From a virus, in IMG/VR virus record IMGVR_UViG_3300027749_000044: a DNA stretch of 64,000 bases; one strand, 5' to 3'. The first letter of the stretch is position 1, and the number at the start of each line of letters is the position of its first letter. A program made the translations under genes and the position numbers. Positions 46,474-57,842 of this stretch are shown piece after piece. The notes beneath the pieces are model-generated. The model saw only the letters and a program-made list of their open reading frames with translations. It did not search any database and had not been told where the DNA came from.

Positions 46474-49400
46474 CTAAAAAATTTTGATCAAATTTTCTGT
46501 GGGGAATTGCGATTGCCATCCGATGGATTCCAGATATTCATCGAACAAATACCCATCTTCCATTGCAATTTGCAAAGTATCGCCGTCGCAAATAATACGG
46601 TTTCCATGATTATGTCTCATGATATATTCTGCATATTCATCGGAATATTGAATTTCATATTCGGTCATCATTTACATCCTCCATCATTGTAATAATCGAC
46701 GGCTTTTTTTACTTGATCTGGAAAGTCAAACGTTGCAATCCACTTGAAATTACGATAAATGTCCAATTCTTGACTTGCAGGATGATAATACATCTGCATA
46801 AGATTTCCATCGACAGTAGTCGATCCAACACAATATTTAAGATCGGTTATATAATCAACAATATGATTAGCCGTTAATTGAATTTCTTCGAATTCGTAAA
46901 TTTCTTCCATGTATTAAGACTCCAAAAAAGACTTGAGGAATCCATAAGGAAGACCCCAATGGTAATCGATGTAGTCCAGATCGCCGGCCCGGAATTCATC
47001 CAACAGACCGTCAGCGTCGGCCATCATACGGACGGCATCCGCCTTAGTCGCATTAATGACGATTTTGGCAGTCAATGCTACCCGTTCTTGGAACCGCTGA
47101 ATGGCCATCTTTTCGGAGGCCGCATCCGCAGCGATGGATGCATCCAGTTCCTTCTGGAGGTATTCCCAAGTCTGGTCGAAATCTTCGACCGAGGTGAAGA
47201 GGCAGGCCCGTTCACGGGGGCGGAAACCGAGGGCGTCCTTGTGCAGGTCGCTAAAAACTTGAGCCTGTCCGGCGCGCTCGACGGAGGTGGAAGCGATTTG
47301 CGAAAGGGTCAGGAGCGTGGTCATTTCTGTTTCTCTCTCTTTGCTACATTTTCCATAATAGGCTAAGTGGCCGATAAGGCAACCACTTTTTAAGAGGGAA
47401 GGCGAATTTTTCCAAAACTATCCGCAGGCGCAGCATACAGGGTCTTAAAGCCCCACTCACAATAACCTCCGTTTTCCGTGATAGTCACGGGTTGACGGAC
47501 GAACGTCCAGGCCGACCATCTGGCACCCCAACGGGTGCGCATAACGCTACGGAAGAATTGGACTCCATCCTCTCGGATGGCGACCTCAACCGCGCGCATA
47601 GTGGAATCGTACCCCGTGAAAAAAGCGATTGCCTTAGCCATGTGGATATCTCCGTTGCTGTCTACATTTACCAATCTAGAGGTACCAGCGGATAAGGCAA
47701 CCACTTTTTTTAAAAATTATGGCATAGTTCCCATTTCGGTAAGTTGCTTTCGAAGGGAATAATTTTCTACGGACATTTCGATGATTTTACTTTTTAGTTG
47801 TTTTACCCGAGGATTATTTTCGAGTTCTTCGATCCTTTTCCTTAGTTCCTTGATGGTGCAATACGATTCATATGCTTGACGTTCCCATTCTTGTACTGCC
47901 GAAATAGCATTATAGTTACCAGACAATTCATGCCCGCGAATGGAAATAGTATGTGAATTCTTGGATGTTAGATCATCGATAACAGTAGTTAATTCACAAA
48001 TATCTTCTACAGCTTGTTGGACAGTAACAGGACCCCAAACTTTTTTTGAGACGTCTTTCCATTCAAAATATTGACGATGCATTTTGTTTTCCTTTATTGT
48101 AGAATTAGTGTGAGTGAGTGACACCTAAACAAAGATGTTCTAGAGATGCAGTACCACTCGAAGGACTATCATTGTTAATTATTTGCGCGGCCCTTTCACA
48201 TTCTGCCTTTGATGTAAACTCATGTGGCATTTGTACAGGATTTCTTAGTCCTGTGGCGTAAGGACTAATACTAAAATAATAAATCAAAAGCCAAACCATC
48301 TCAATTCCTTTCATATAGTCGATCAGAAATATCGATTACTTCATATTTGTCGTATGAACCGCCTTTATTTCTTTCATTGACAATATATTCCAAGGCTTCT
48401 TCTCTAGTCATAAAGGAAGCCTTGTAATTATCCACATCGGGATAATAATCATAATATGCCAAAACCCAATACATTTTCATTTTTTTATTCCTATAAAGCT
48501 ACCCGAGGCGCACCGAGCGTATAATATTCTTCGTAATCGTCTTGATCATATTCAGGCATACTAGCCATAATGTCGACCATTGATTTATGTTCATACAGTT
48601 CGGCTGCGGTCATTGGATCAGCCGACCACATATCAGTTCCATCTTGGAAAACATAAACAAGACCCGAAGTATGATAGGCATAATCCGGATGATCGGCGGG
48701 GGCGAGGACGGTAACGATCTCTTGGTTTTCAAGCACGATTTGCATATCGGTTCCCTTTGCTCTCTACATTTTCCATAATAACCCAACCAGCCGAGGTGTC
48801 AAGCCTTTTTTTGCTCGGCCGCCTCATTTAATTGGGCATGGTATTTGCATATGCGAGGATAACCATTCTTCATGGGCTTGGTCCAAAATTCGACCTGGAA
48901 GTCCAGGAGCGTCCCTCGCTTGATATATGTCTTGGCGGTCAAGGTGCCTTGTTTCGCGTCACAGGAAGCGAATCCACGGTTGTTTTGATGGTTGGTCGTG
49001 TTGGACACTCTTTCGTCGGCAGTTTGTCGGTCCATGAGAACCTTAAGAGCGCGGCCGATAACGTGGATTCGGATATCTTCACGGGCGACCAATTGGGCCA
49101 AGGAATCGCGAGTCACAGTGGTCATGTCAGTTCCTTTCGTTTCGCTACATTTTTTATAATGAAGGAATTGGAGAGGATGGCAACCATTAATTTCCAAAAA
49201 TTTTATTTAGCAGGAATTCAAGGTGGGCCCGGGGTTCTGAATCGTTCGCCCCGACCTTTGCATAATTAGCCATCATAATATGCATCATTTCACGTACCCG
49301 GTCTTTTTTCATGCCTTGATTAACATACATTTCAAGGGCCCGATTAAGACCATTTGCAGCAACTTCCGCAAAATGGTCTTCAGTGAACAATTCCCATTGA

Positions 49401-50310
49401 TCGGCAGTATCCGTAACGTCGATATGAAGAATTTGCTTGATATGCAGGGTCATTATGCTTTAATCCTCTTAAAAGAACCTTTACCCTTTTTAGGGGTAAT
49501 CACTTTGGGTCGATTTACCCGACCGCAATACTTTGCAATGAAGTTACCAGACGCCATTACGTTTTCTCCTTGCCTTTGTTGCTCTTTACATTTTCCATAA
49601 TATCGGAACCAACAGGAATGGCAACCAGTTTTTTTAAAAATTATGCGTCAAGATATGAAAGCATGGCGCAAATCAGGAAAAATATCGATAGGGCCATCAT
49701 ACAAAAACAAACGAATGACCATCCCAAACCACCCCAGGACGCGAACATGATGGCCAAACCCATCCAACAGCCGCTCATCCAAATTAGCCCCAGCATTCTC
49801 TGGAGCGTCCTAAAAGGGATAAAAGGCGTCAGCATAAGTTCGGTTTTGTTTTTGTCGGCTGCATATAAAACAGCGTCTGTAACCGAAATGCGCTTGGCTT
49901 CGGCCTTCATTTTTTTCAGTTGTTCATTCTTAACGAATTCGCGTTCATATTCTTCGCGCGCCAATCGTCTTTTGACGTCATTTCGTTTTCTAAACATTTT
50001 TCTTTTGCCAATTAACCATAATTCAATATAAAAGAAAACCCGGTGTTTGGCAACCACCGGGCTCTTTTTATTTTTATTTTGTTGCCGTGGGTGCCGGCGT
50101 GTCGTCTGGTGTAGTTGCATCCACAACAGCGATGGCCGAGGTAGAAATGCCATGTCGAATGGTAGCAATACCAACGGCACCTAGAGCCGCATAGACGTAT
50201 TCAGGCACGGTGTAACCAGAAGCTTGAGCAATAGCCAAAGCAAAAGTAACAAAAGCCGTGATATAAGTCTTTTTGCCTTCTAGGAAGGTAATAAGTTGTG
50301 TTAAATTCAT
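46474..50310 (-). other. run of small early ORFs (46474, 46668, 46914, 47390, 47717, 48105, 48491, 48799, 49187, 49641) and a holin-like ORF 50074-50310
   Basis: co-oriented; many directly behind promoter-motif copies. Confidence 0.55.
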
Positions 50311-50336
50311 AATAAGAATCCTTTTTATTTACTAAA

Positions 50337-50410
50337 TGGCATAAGCAGTAGGAATCGAACCCACATATCCAGATTTGGAGGCTGGCGTTCTACCGTTGAA
50401 CTATACTCAT
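50337..50410 (-). tRNA. tRNA-Trp(CCA)
   Basis: CT-CCA-AA loop, G73, CCA. Confidence 0.9.
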
Positions 50411-50472
50411 GTACTATAATTATTTAGTAAATAATTGGCCACTCATTGCCCAAATGAGTATAATATATCCAA

Positions 50473-50585
50473 TGGATATAGCAGGATTTGAACCTACATT
50501 CTACCAAGTCTCGGCCAGCGAAAAGGAATCGAACCTTTACCTTCCTGATGGCAAATCATATTGCCATATTTCTATAAGATATCCA
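50473..50585 (-). ncRNA. tRNA-like RNA with two T-arms
   Basis: AAAGG-TTCGATT-CCTTT and GTAGG-TTCAAAT-CCTGC; TGGATAT/ATATCCA closing stem. Confidence 0.55.
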
Positions 50586-50728
50586 TTATTAGTAAATGTG
50601 ACTTGGACGTATCCAGCATTCCGAAGTTTATCATTATTAGACACTTCATCCATAGTCTTTTCAAATTCTGAAAATAAGATATGCCGTATGAATAATTTTT
50701 TCATAATACATCCGAGTCAATATAAAAA

Positions 50729-50804
50729 TGGCTGGACAACCAGGGTTCGAACCTGGGACATTCGTGTTAACAGCACGACGCTCTACCGGCTGAGCTATTG
50801 TCCA
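50729..50804 (-). tRNA. tRNA-Asn(GTT)
   Basis: cloverleaf, G73, CCA. Confidence 0.95.
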
Positions 50805-50960
50805 ATAAATCTTGTCTATTATATAGTATTAGGCAGGTGAGGTATCTCCAGGAACACTGGTGCCCATTCTCCTTTTGCGGGTCGCGACTCCGGCTCTTAA
50901 GTTTATCCCCTATTTTTGCGCAATTTCGGGTTCTAGCTTAAGACTTTCCTTACCTAATTC

Positions 50961-51035
50961 TGGTAGCCGCTAATGGATTCGAACCACTGACCAATGCGTT
51001 ATCAACACATTGCTCTACCACTGAGCTAAACGGCC
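50961..51035 (-). tRNA. tRNA-Ile(GAT)
   Basis: cloverleaf, A73, CCA. Confidence 0.95.
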
Positions 51036-51306
51036 GTATGTTACTTAATATTTATATGTGCGCCCAAAATAACGAACAATATACGGAAGGAATCAACCAT
51101 TAGAGTATAACATCCGATTACTGCAATAACATTAAAAACGATGCGAAAGAAATAATTAATTGGAGTCTTTGGTTCATTTTTGAGTGATTCTTGGAATGTT
51201 TCGAGAATTCGGATCAAAGATCCCACCATAGATAAGAAAAATGATACTAGGGCAAAAATAGCAATTAAAACCATGTCCAGTTCTGGGACAGGAAAATTAT
51301 AATTCA

Positions 51307-51759
51307 TTAGACATTTTCCTTTTCGTTAGTCTTGGTTTGCGCGGATTCTACCGCGGCTTCGACATTCTGTGCGGCTTCACCATGGCGGTTGAACACAATC
51401 CATTGACCGTCCATGAATAGATAGTTATAGCTCGACCCGAATTCTTGACCAACCATGGCCAGATATTCGTCGAAACTATCATAAAACTTTGGTTCTTGGC
51501 CAGTTTCGCCACGGTCGCGACCGTAAACAATAGTTTCGCCAGGGACAGGAGACTCGAACGAGTGTCCTTCTTGTCCTTCGCAAGACCGGTCAAGGAAAGA
51601 TAGATTACCGAGAGACACCAACTTTTCTGCCAATTGTTCGCTGGCATAATATTGCGTCAGCATTCTTCCGGTGTGACGGATGTAGCCATCATAATGGACA
51701 TAAGAGGCGAGGATCGTACCGTCTTCGCGTTCAATAGCGATAGAAGCATGGGTACCCAT
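51307..51759 (-). CDS. conserved phage early protein
   Basis: MGTHASI, YVHYDGY, YGRDRGE, YNYLF. Confidence 0.65.
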   Translation of the reverse strand: MGTHASIAIEREDGTILASYVHYDGYIRHTGRMLTQYYASEQLAEKLVSLGNLSFLDRSCEGQEGHSFESPVPGETIVYGRDRGETGQEPKFYDSFDEYLAMVGQEFGSSYNYLFMDGQWIVFNRHGEAAQNVEAAVESAQTKTNEKENV

Positions 51760-51851
51760 AAGAGATTTTCCTTTTTTCTGCGGCGTCATTGCCGCGCTAC
51801 ATTTACCAATCTAGAGGAGTTGCAGGAGAAGGCAACCAGAAAAGTGAAAAA

Positions 51852-52649
51852 TTATGCCGCCATGCGGACGACGAACCCGCTGGTATCGCGCTTGGCCTTG
51901 CCCTTGGCGTAAAGGGCGACCACGGCGCCATGAGGGTCGAGATGGCGAATGTCCGTGTCGTCGCCGTCGACCGTTTGCAGTCCCATGAAGCCTGTCTCCA
52001 TATAATGCTCCACCGTCTTCCTGGAGTCAAAAACAACGGCGATCCGCATACCAGCTTCAACTGCCTTTTGATTGAAGGCGGAAAATCCAGATACTCCTGA
52101 ATACGAGAAGGTCAGGTCATAGTTTGAAGGAATATTCTTACGATTAATAAGCTTGCTGTAATCATAAAAGGTCACATTCGGGAATGCTTGAATGATACCA
52201 TAGTTTTCCCATCGGATATCAGAAGTACCATTCAGACGGACCAGCAGGTCAAAGTCTTCCTTGATAGCCTTAGCTTCATAAGACTTAATTTCTTTTGCCA
52301 GCATGGACATGAATTCTTCCTGATATTGTTGGAAGAAAAGGGTCTTCCAAAGACGCGAAAGCATAACGGTAGACATTGCCCCGCGGCCGGCAGTAAACAA
52401 GCAAGGAGCCTCGCATTGTGCAAGCTTAGCCAGCGGGCAAAGTTGCTCGCCAGAGATATTGGCCGGGGCGAGATAAAGAATGGCAGTCTTAAAGCCTTTC
52501 TTATTGCCCTTAATCGTCTTAGCATCGCCATCCATGCCGAGGAGCTTGGTGGGTTTACGAGTGAACCAGTCACGGTATTTGCCGTTTTCGATTTGATCGC
52601 GGATCACGGGAGCCAGCTTGGTCAGGTCGAAAATGATCGGGTTGGTCAC
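51852..52649 (-). CDS. GP88-like protein (degenerate radical-SAM-like)
   Basis: CP..C...CL..AGRG, RLNGTSD, FYDYSK, YDLTFS, DGD..D.R..D. Confidence 0.7.
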   Translation of the reverse strand: MTNPIIFDLTKLAPVIRDQIENGKYRDWFTRKPTKLLGMDGDAKTIKGNKKGFKTAILYLAPANISGEQLCPLAKLAQCEAPCLFTAGRGAMSTVMLSRLWKTLFFQQYQEEFMSMLAKEIKSYEAKAIKEDFDLLVRLNGTSDIRWENYGIIQAFPNVTFYDYSKLINRKNIPSNYDLTFSYSGVSGFSAFNQKAVEAGMRIAVVFDSRKTVEHYMETGFMGLQTVDGDDTDIRHLDPHGAVVALYAKGKAKRDTSGFVVRMAA

Positions 52650-52716
52650 TTGTTTCTCTCTCTCTTCGCTACATTTTCCATAATAGGCTATCTGGCCGGA
52701 GAGGCAACCACTTTTT

Positions 52717-55700
52717 TTATGCCCGAGTGATTTTATATCGATCCGTCACCTTAGGCGCCGTGGCCACGTCAAAATTAAATTCTGAAAATTTATAACGACC
52801 GTATTCTTGGTCGGCCATGTAATGGGCCATAGATTCACTTTCGGCCATGATAGTAAAAGTATCGCCAGTTTGCTCAAACGTAAATGTTCGGATGGGGGTT
52901 ACTTTATATGCCTTGTTTTTAGACAATACTTTGATGGCAGATTTACTATTCGATCTGGTCAGGACCCGCATCAATTCTTCCTTTTTCATGCCAGCAAGAG
53001 GACCCCAAGATTTACTATTGCTGTTATCAAAATCTTTAAACATTTTGGGCAAGTCCAATGAGAATTAGAGCGGCCGCTGAAACAACAGCAATAGAAATCA
53101 GTGACAGTACTTCAACAAAAATCTTAGTCATGCTTCTGAAAAACTTTCGGTAATATGATCCGGTGATAGTGCAATGAAGTCTTGGACCCGGCCACAGCTT
53201 GTACATACTTCAAATTCGATGTAATCACCGCCGCCGTAATAAGCACGATAAACCAAATACATTTAAATTCTCCTATTGGAAATATTGTACGCGGGTCGAA
53301 TCGGTGTTAGTATATCGGGCATCGATATTTTCGATCATTTCGCCATTTGCATCCGTATTCATTCCGGGGCGAGCAACCCACATATCAAACCCGATATCAT
53401 CGACAGTCAAATACCGGAATCCTTTGTATGCGCCAGCTTCCATCAGTAGATTTTCGGTCATGGTCATGATTGCCGAACGATAAAGAACGGCCGTATTGTA
53501 AGTAGGAAAATCCTTGTCATTCGAGCACTTCAACACCGTATTGGCGAAAGAGACGATAGATGCAACGTCAACGGTCTTACGGGCCTTAGCCATCTTTGGA
53601 ATCTCCAAGGCGGTGACACCTCGTCACTCGCTACATTTACCAATCTAGAGGAGGTGGCCGGAAAGGCAACCATTATTTTCTAAATTTCGTCATCATTTTC
53701 GAAATCTGGGTCATATTTTCCTTGGTCATATCCTTTTTGCCAACCTGCATTCCAGGCCTCTCTTAAAAGACCTTTAAGCACAAGTTGCCTGCCGTCTCTG
53801 TCAAGGCCTACGCCAGCGAATTTTTCGTCATACCATATGTCGAACCCAGACATAATCAGCACCCAGTCCAACGGGTCTTGGCAAAATCGCGGTCGATTAC
53901 ATTGCCTCGCGCGAAATTTTTAGCAGGAGCGGCCCAGGATGCTGCCTTCAGGATATCACCATACTTAAAAGAACCAAAAGGAACAATAACGATAAAAGAA
54001 TGGACTCGGCTGCCTTCAACAACCTTGATAAACTTTTGACCCTTTTGGAAGCTAATCTTGGCACCCCAAGCTTCGGCACGGCCTTCCTTGGAATAAGGAG
54101 ACTTACGATCCCATGCCGCATAGTCCTCGGTCAGGTGCGCCTTGTAAGCATCAAGGGCGGCGGCCATTTCGGCTTGAAGGGTTTCGAAAGTGGTCATTGC
54201 TCTGTCTCTCTGTTGCTCTCTACATTTTCCATAATAGGCTAACTGGAGGTGGTGTCAACCCACTTTCATGAAATAATTTTGGAAAAAATATCCTTCGAGA
54301 TACCGACCCCTGGAGTCGCGAGGGTATGCGATAGCATAATTGGCTAGCCGCCTGACTTCACCGCGCTCCAGACAGCGCCGGTCACGCTCGGACAGAAACG
54401 GAGCAAGGGTGCTAATGGCACCATATTCGTTGACCTGAGCCACAGGGACGCAAGCCACAAGCTTGCCGTTACGAGTAATGTCATAGACTTCTATTTCCGT
54501 CATGTTGGTTTCCTTATGAATGTTACTTGATGGTCGATCAAGTTTGCTTTTGTTACGCCCCATTCAATAAATGGGATTAACATTTTTTCGAGTTCTTTTA
54601 CTCTGGCCGACTTGATATCAAGTTCGGCTTTGAATTCGTTTGCCCTGTTTTCTTGCCGGCGCGCATCGGTTTCGAGCATAGCAACTGTAATCTTAAGATT
54701 TTGCTTTTCTTGTTTGAGAATTACGATGGCGTCTAACAGTTCTTCTTTGGTTTGATCAGTCATACAATCCATTCCTTTTCAAAACTTGAGATTCTGTGAT
54801 AACCGTCCGGACGCGGCGAGGATGATTGCCGAACCAGCCCTTGATGAAATGTTCGGATTGTTCCGACACATCCGCGCCCTTAAATTTCATGAGCGTCTTA
54901 CCGCGGCTCGAAAGGGTAATTGACCCGTCGATGTTCCAGCGGCGCAAAATAGCTGACGGACATTTCTCAGACATTCGGTTTTTTCCTTGGCTTCATTTTC
55001 CATAATAAGGTAACCACCAGGAATGGCAACCAATTTTTTAAAAAACTTTTAGAGTTGGAAGTGGTCCCATTGGGCATCATAAAAGCCCTTTTCCCATTCC
55101 TGCCATTCTTCGGTATCTGGTTCAAATGGATTTACTGCCACAAAACCACCAATTTCAGCAAGAAAACAGTCTTCGCGGCCCATTCTATATGCAACTTCAA
55201 GATCCATTACATTGGTTCCTTGTCAGGCAATGGAGGATAAAAGTACTTTGTCACAAATGAACGCTTGGCTTTCTTGTATTCTTCTTTTTTGCGCCGGGTC
55301 CGCTCTTCTTCTCTTATTTTTTCTTCTATATATTCTTTGGCTTTGCGATATTGATCGAATGAAGCGTACTTATCATAATATCCACCAATAAAGAAAAAAG
55401 GTTCTTTTGCTCGCATCCAAAAGAACAAAAACTTCTTCTGTACAATATAGTGAAAATTCAAATCTGTCTTGATGCGATACTTAGTCAATGAAACCTCCAA
55501 ATCCAAATCCATGCTTAAACTGCGCATATTTGTAGGTATGCCCGTTATGCTGCATGTACATAAGCATTTCAATAGTTGTCATATCGGACTTGATTACATT
55601 CGGACGTCGATACACATCGATCATCAATGTCCAAAGACCATCAGACGCCTGTAATGCATAAACACATCCAGATTCCGATAGATCATCAGTGTTGATATCC

Positions 55701-57590
55701 AAATATTTCTTGCCATGACTAATTTCTTGTGCCGGATCGTCGATGGGCTTAACATGTTCCATCAGTGTATCAAGCATAAGTGCCACTTGGACAAGTACAA
55801 GATGATTCCAGTTGGCGTTAATTTGCAAATTCAGGCACCTTTGCTTTGTGCTAGGAATCATACCTGACATCATTTGAAACGGACCAAGTTTGAAAAAATC
55901 TTTCTGCATTTGATAAGTACAGAGAGAACCTAAAGCAAAAAAATCTTCAATACCAAAATAACTAAGAGATTCTACTTTAGTCCGAAGCTTATCAACTCTG
56001 TTGAAACTCCGGGTCCGCTTCTTATCAAGAGCCTCGGCGAGGATCCTAAGCTTTTCAGATTCAACACGAGCCCGATCAAGTTCTTGTTGAAGTACTTCAC
56101 GTTGTTGTGTCATTAGTTGGGAATGCATTACAAAAGTTCCTCAAAATTTTCGTTGATTACGGTATATCGTGAATTCACCGTTTCGAGTTCGTTGCCTTCT
56201 ACGGCAACTACAGCAGAAATGTTGCCGCGATCATTATAAAAATATGGATGATCGACAAATTCTACCAGACAAAAGTAACCTAATGTTTCCTGACCCCGAA
56301 CAATCGTCGGACATTCGATCTTTTCACGAATATAAATTTTGCCATTGTAAGGTTTAGTTACGTCGAGATTGGTCATTCAACTTTCCTTTTCTTCGTTCAA
56401 AAATTTCTGTTCATTGACATACATCCAACAAGATATAATTTTATGCCATATAGCTGGATGTTTCTTTTGGGTTTCAAAATCTATTGTTTTAATACGGATG
56501 TCTTCTCTAATTACCCAATCGTCGCCAATATATCCAAATATGAATAATGTTGATATAGGTTGATCCGGATACATCAATATGAATTTGAGTTTCATTAGTT
56601 ATTCCGACATAATGGTTTTAAGCAGGCCTTCTTGCATACCAGAAGCCAAAAGCATCTTATACAAAGTCTTAAGCTTCTTGGTTGCGAATTCAACTAGTTC
56701 AGCGTCTGACATTGCTTCTGTAACACCCATGCCATCCAATACGAAAGCAAGACTTTCCATTGGGCATTCCATATGATCGCGGTATTCGTCATTGCTCATG
56801 TTAGTCATCAGATAACTTCCTCTTTCGTTTTGATAATTCATCATATCATGTTTGGTGCCGATGGCAACCAAATTTATGATTCTTTTTCAAATTGTTTATA
56901 GACGCGCCGAAGTTCTTTGATCAGCATGGGAATAGTTTCGGGATGAATAATAATAGTGGATTCGCGGCCAGATGAAACAATAACAGAAGATATGTTCTTA
57001 CTTACTTCAAGATATTCGGTGTATTTGCCATGAGGATACACAGGCATATCTGTATATTCAGTAAGAATATGCCGACGCTCGCACCATGGCGGATTACCCC
57101 ATGTTTTAGCTGGTTCGACAAACAAGGAAACTGTGACTGGCCGAAGATTTTTCATGATCAATAATCCTGCATGTTAAGTTTTTCGACAATTATTTTATAG
57201 ACTTCGTAATTGGATGAAGACCAATCATCTACAACTTCATAGATATCTATAAAATATTCAATATCGAAAGTTTTGGGTTCGCCAAAATCGTCAATAACAT
57301 CATGCATAACAATATGGTAATAGGTCTTGGTTGTCATGTTGATCTCCTTGGTACATTTTCCATAATAACCGATATGGGGCCAATGGCAACCATTATTTTT
57401 TGCAAATTGGGTGATTGCCTGTTGCAATTTTTTCCATGTTATCGACCCCAAGCGGCTTCCATATGTCTAACGGATGACACTGAGCTACGCCGGCAGCTAT
57501 GGAAGCCGCTTGGATATGGTCCATACGGTAACCGGAATCTTTGCAGACCCGTATAAAAACGTCCTGTCTCAATTTTCGGACTTCGGTCAT
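52717..57590 (-). other. run of about 14 small early ORFs
   Basis: co-oriented; several directly behind promoter-motif copies. Confidence 0.55.
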
Positions 57591-57842
57591 TCGTTACCTC
57601 GTTTAATATTTTCCATAATATATGATATGGAGGCAGTGGCAACCACTAAAATGATATTTTGCCATAATTATTTTTATCGGTTACCATCCATTAATTTCAA
57701 AACGACACCTGATTATAACCATCCCCGGCCGCTTTGGCAACCAAAATCCGCCATGAAATTAAATTATTTTTCTGTCGATTTTTGGTTGCCTTCTCCACCG
57801 CCTCCTTTAGATTGGTAAATGTAGCAAAGAGAGAGAAAACGA

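Noticed and set aside
50828-50958. RNase P RNA (AGGAAAGTC resembles the P4 5' motif)
   Set aside because: Too short, and no matching 3' P4 strand in the right place
36477-57824. CRISPR array
   Set aside because: The repeats are dispersed, separated by whole genes and have -35/-10 geometry; no cas genes, and 13919-14596 is a common phage exonuclease
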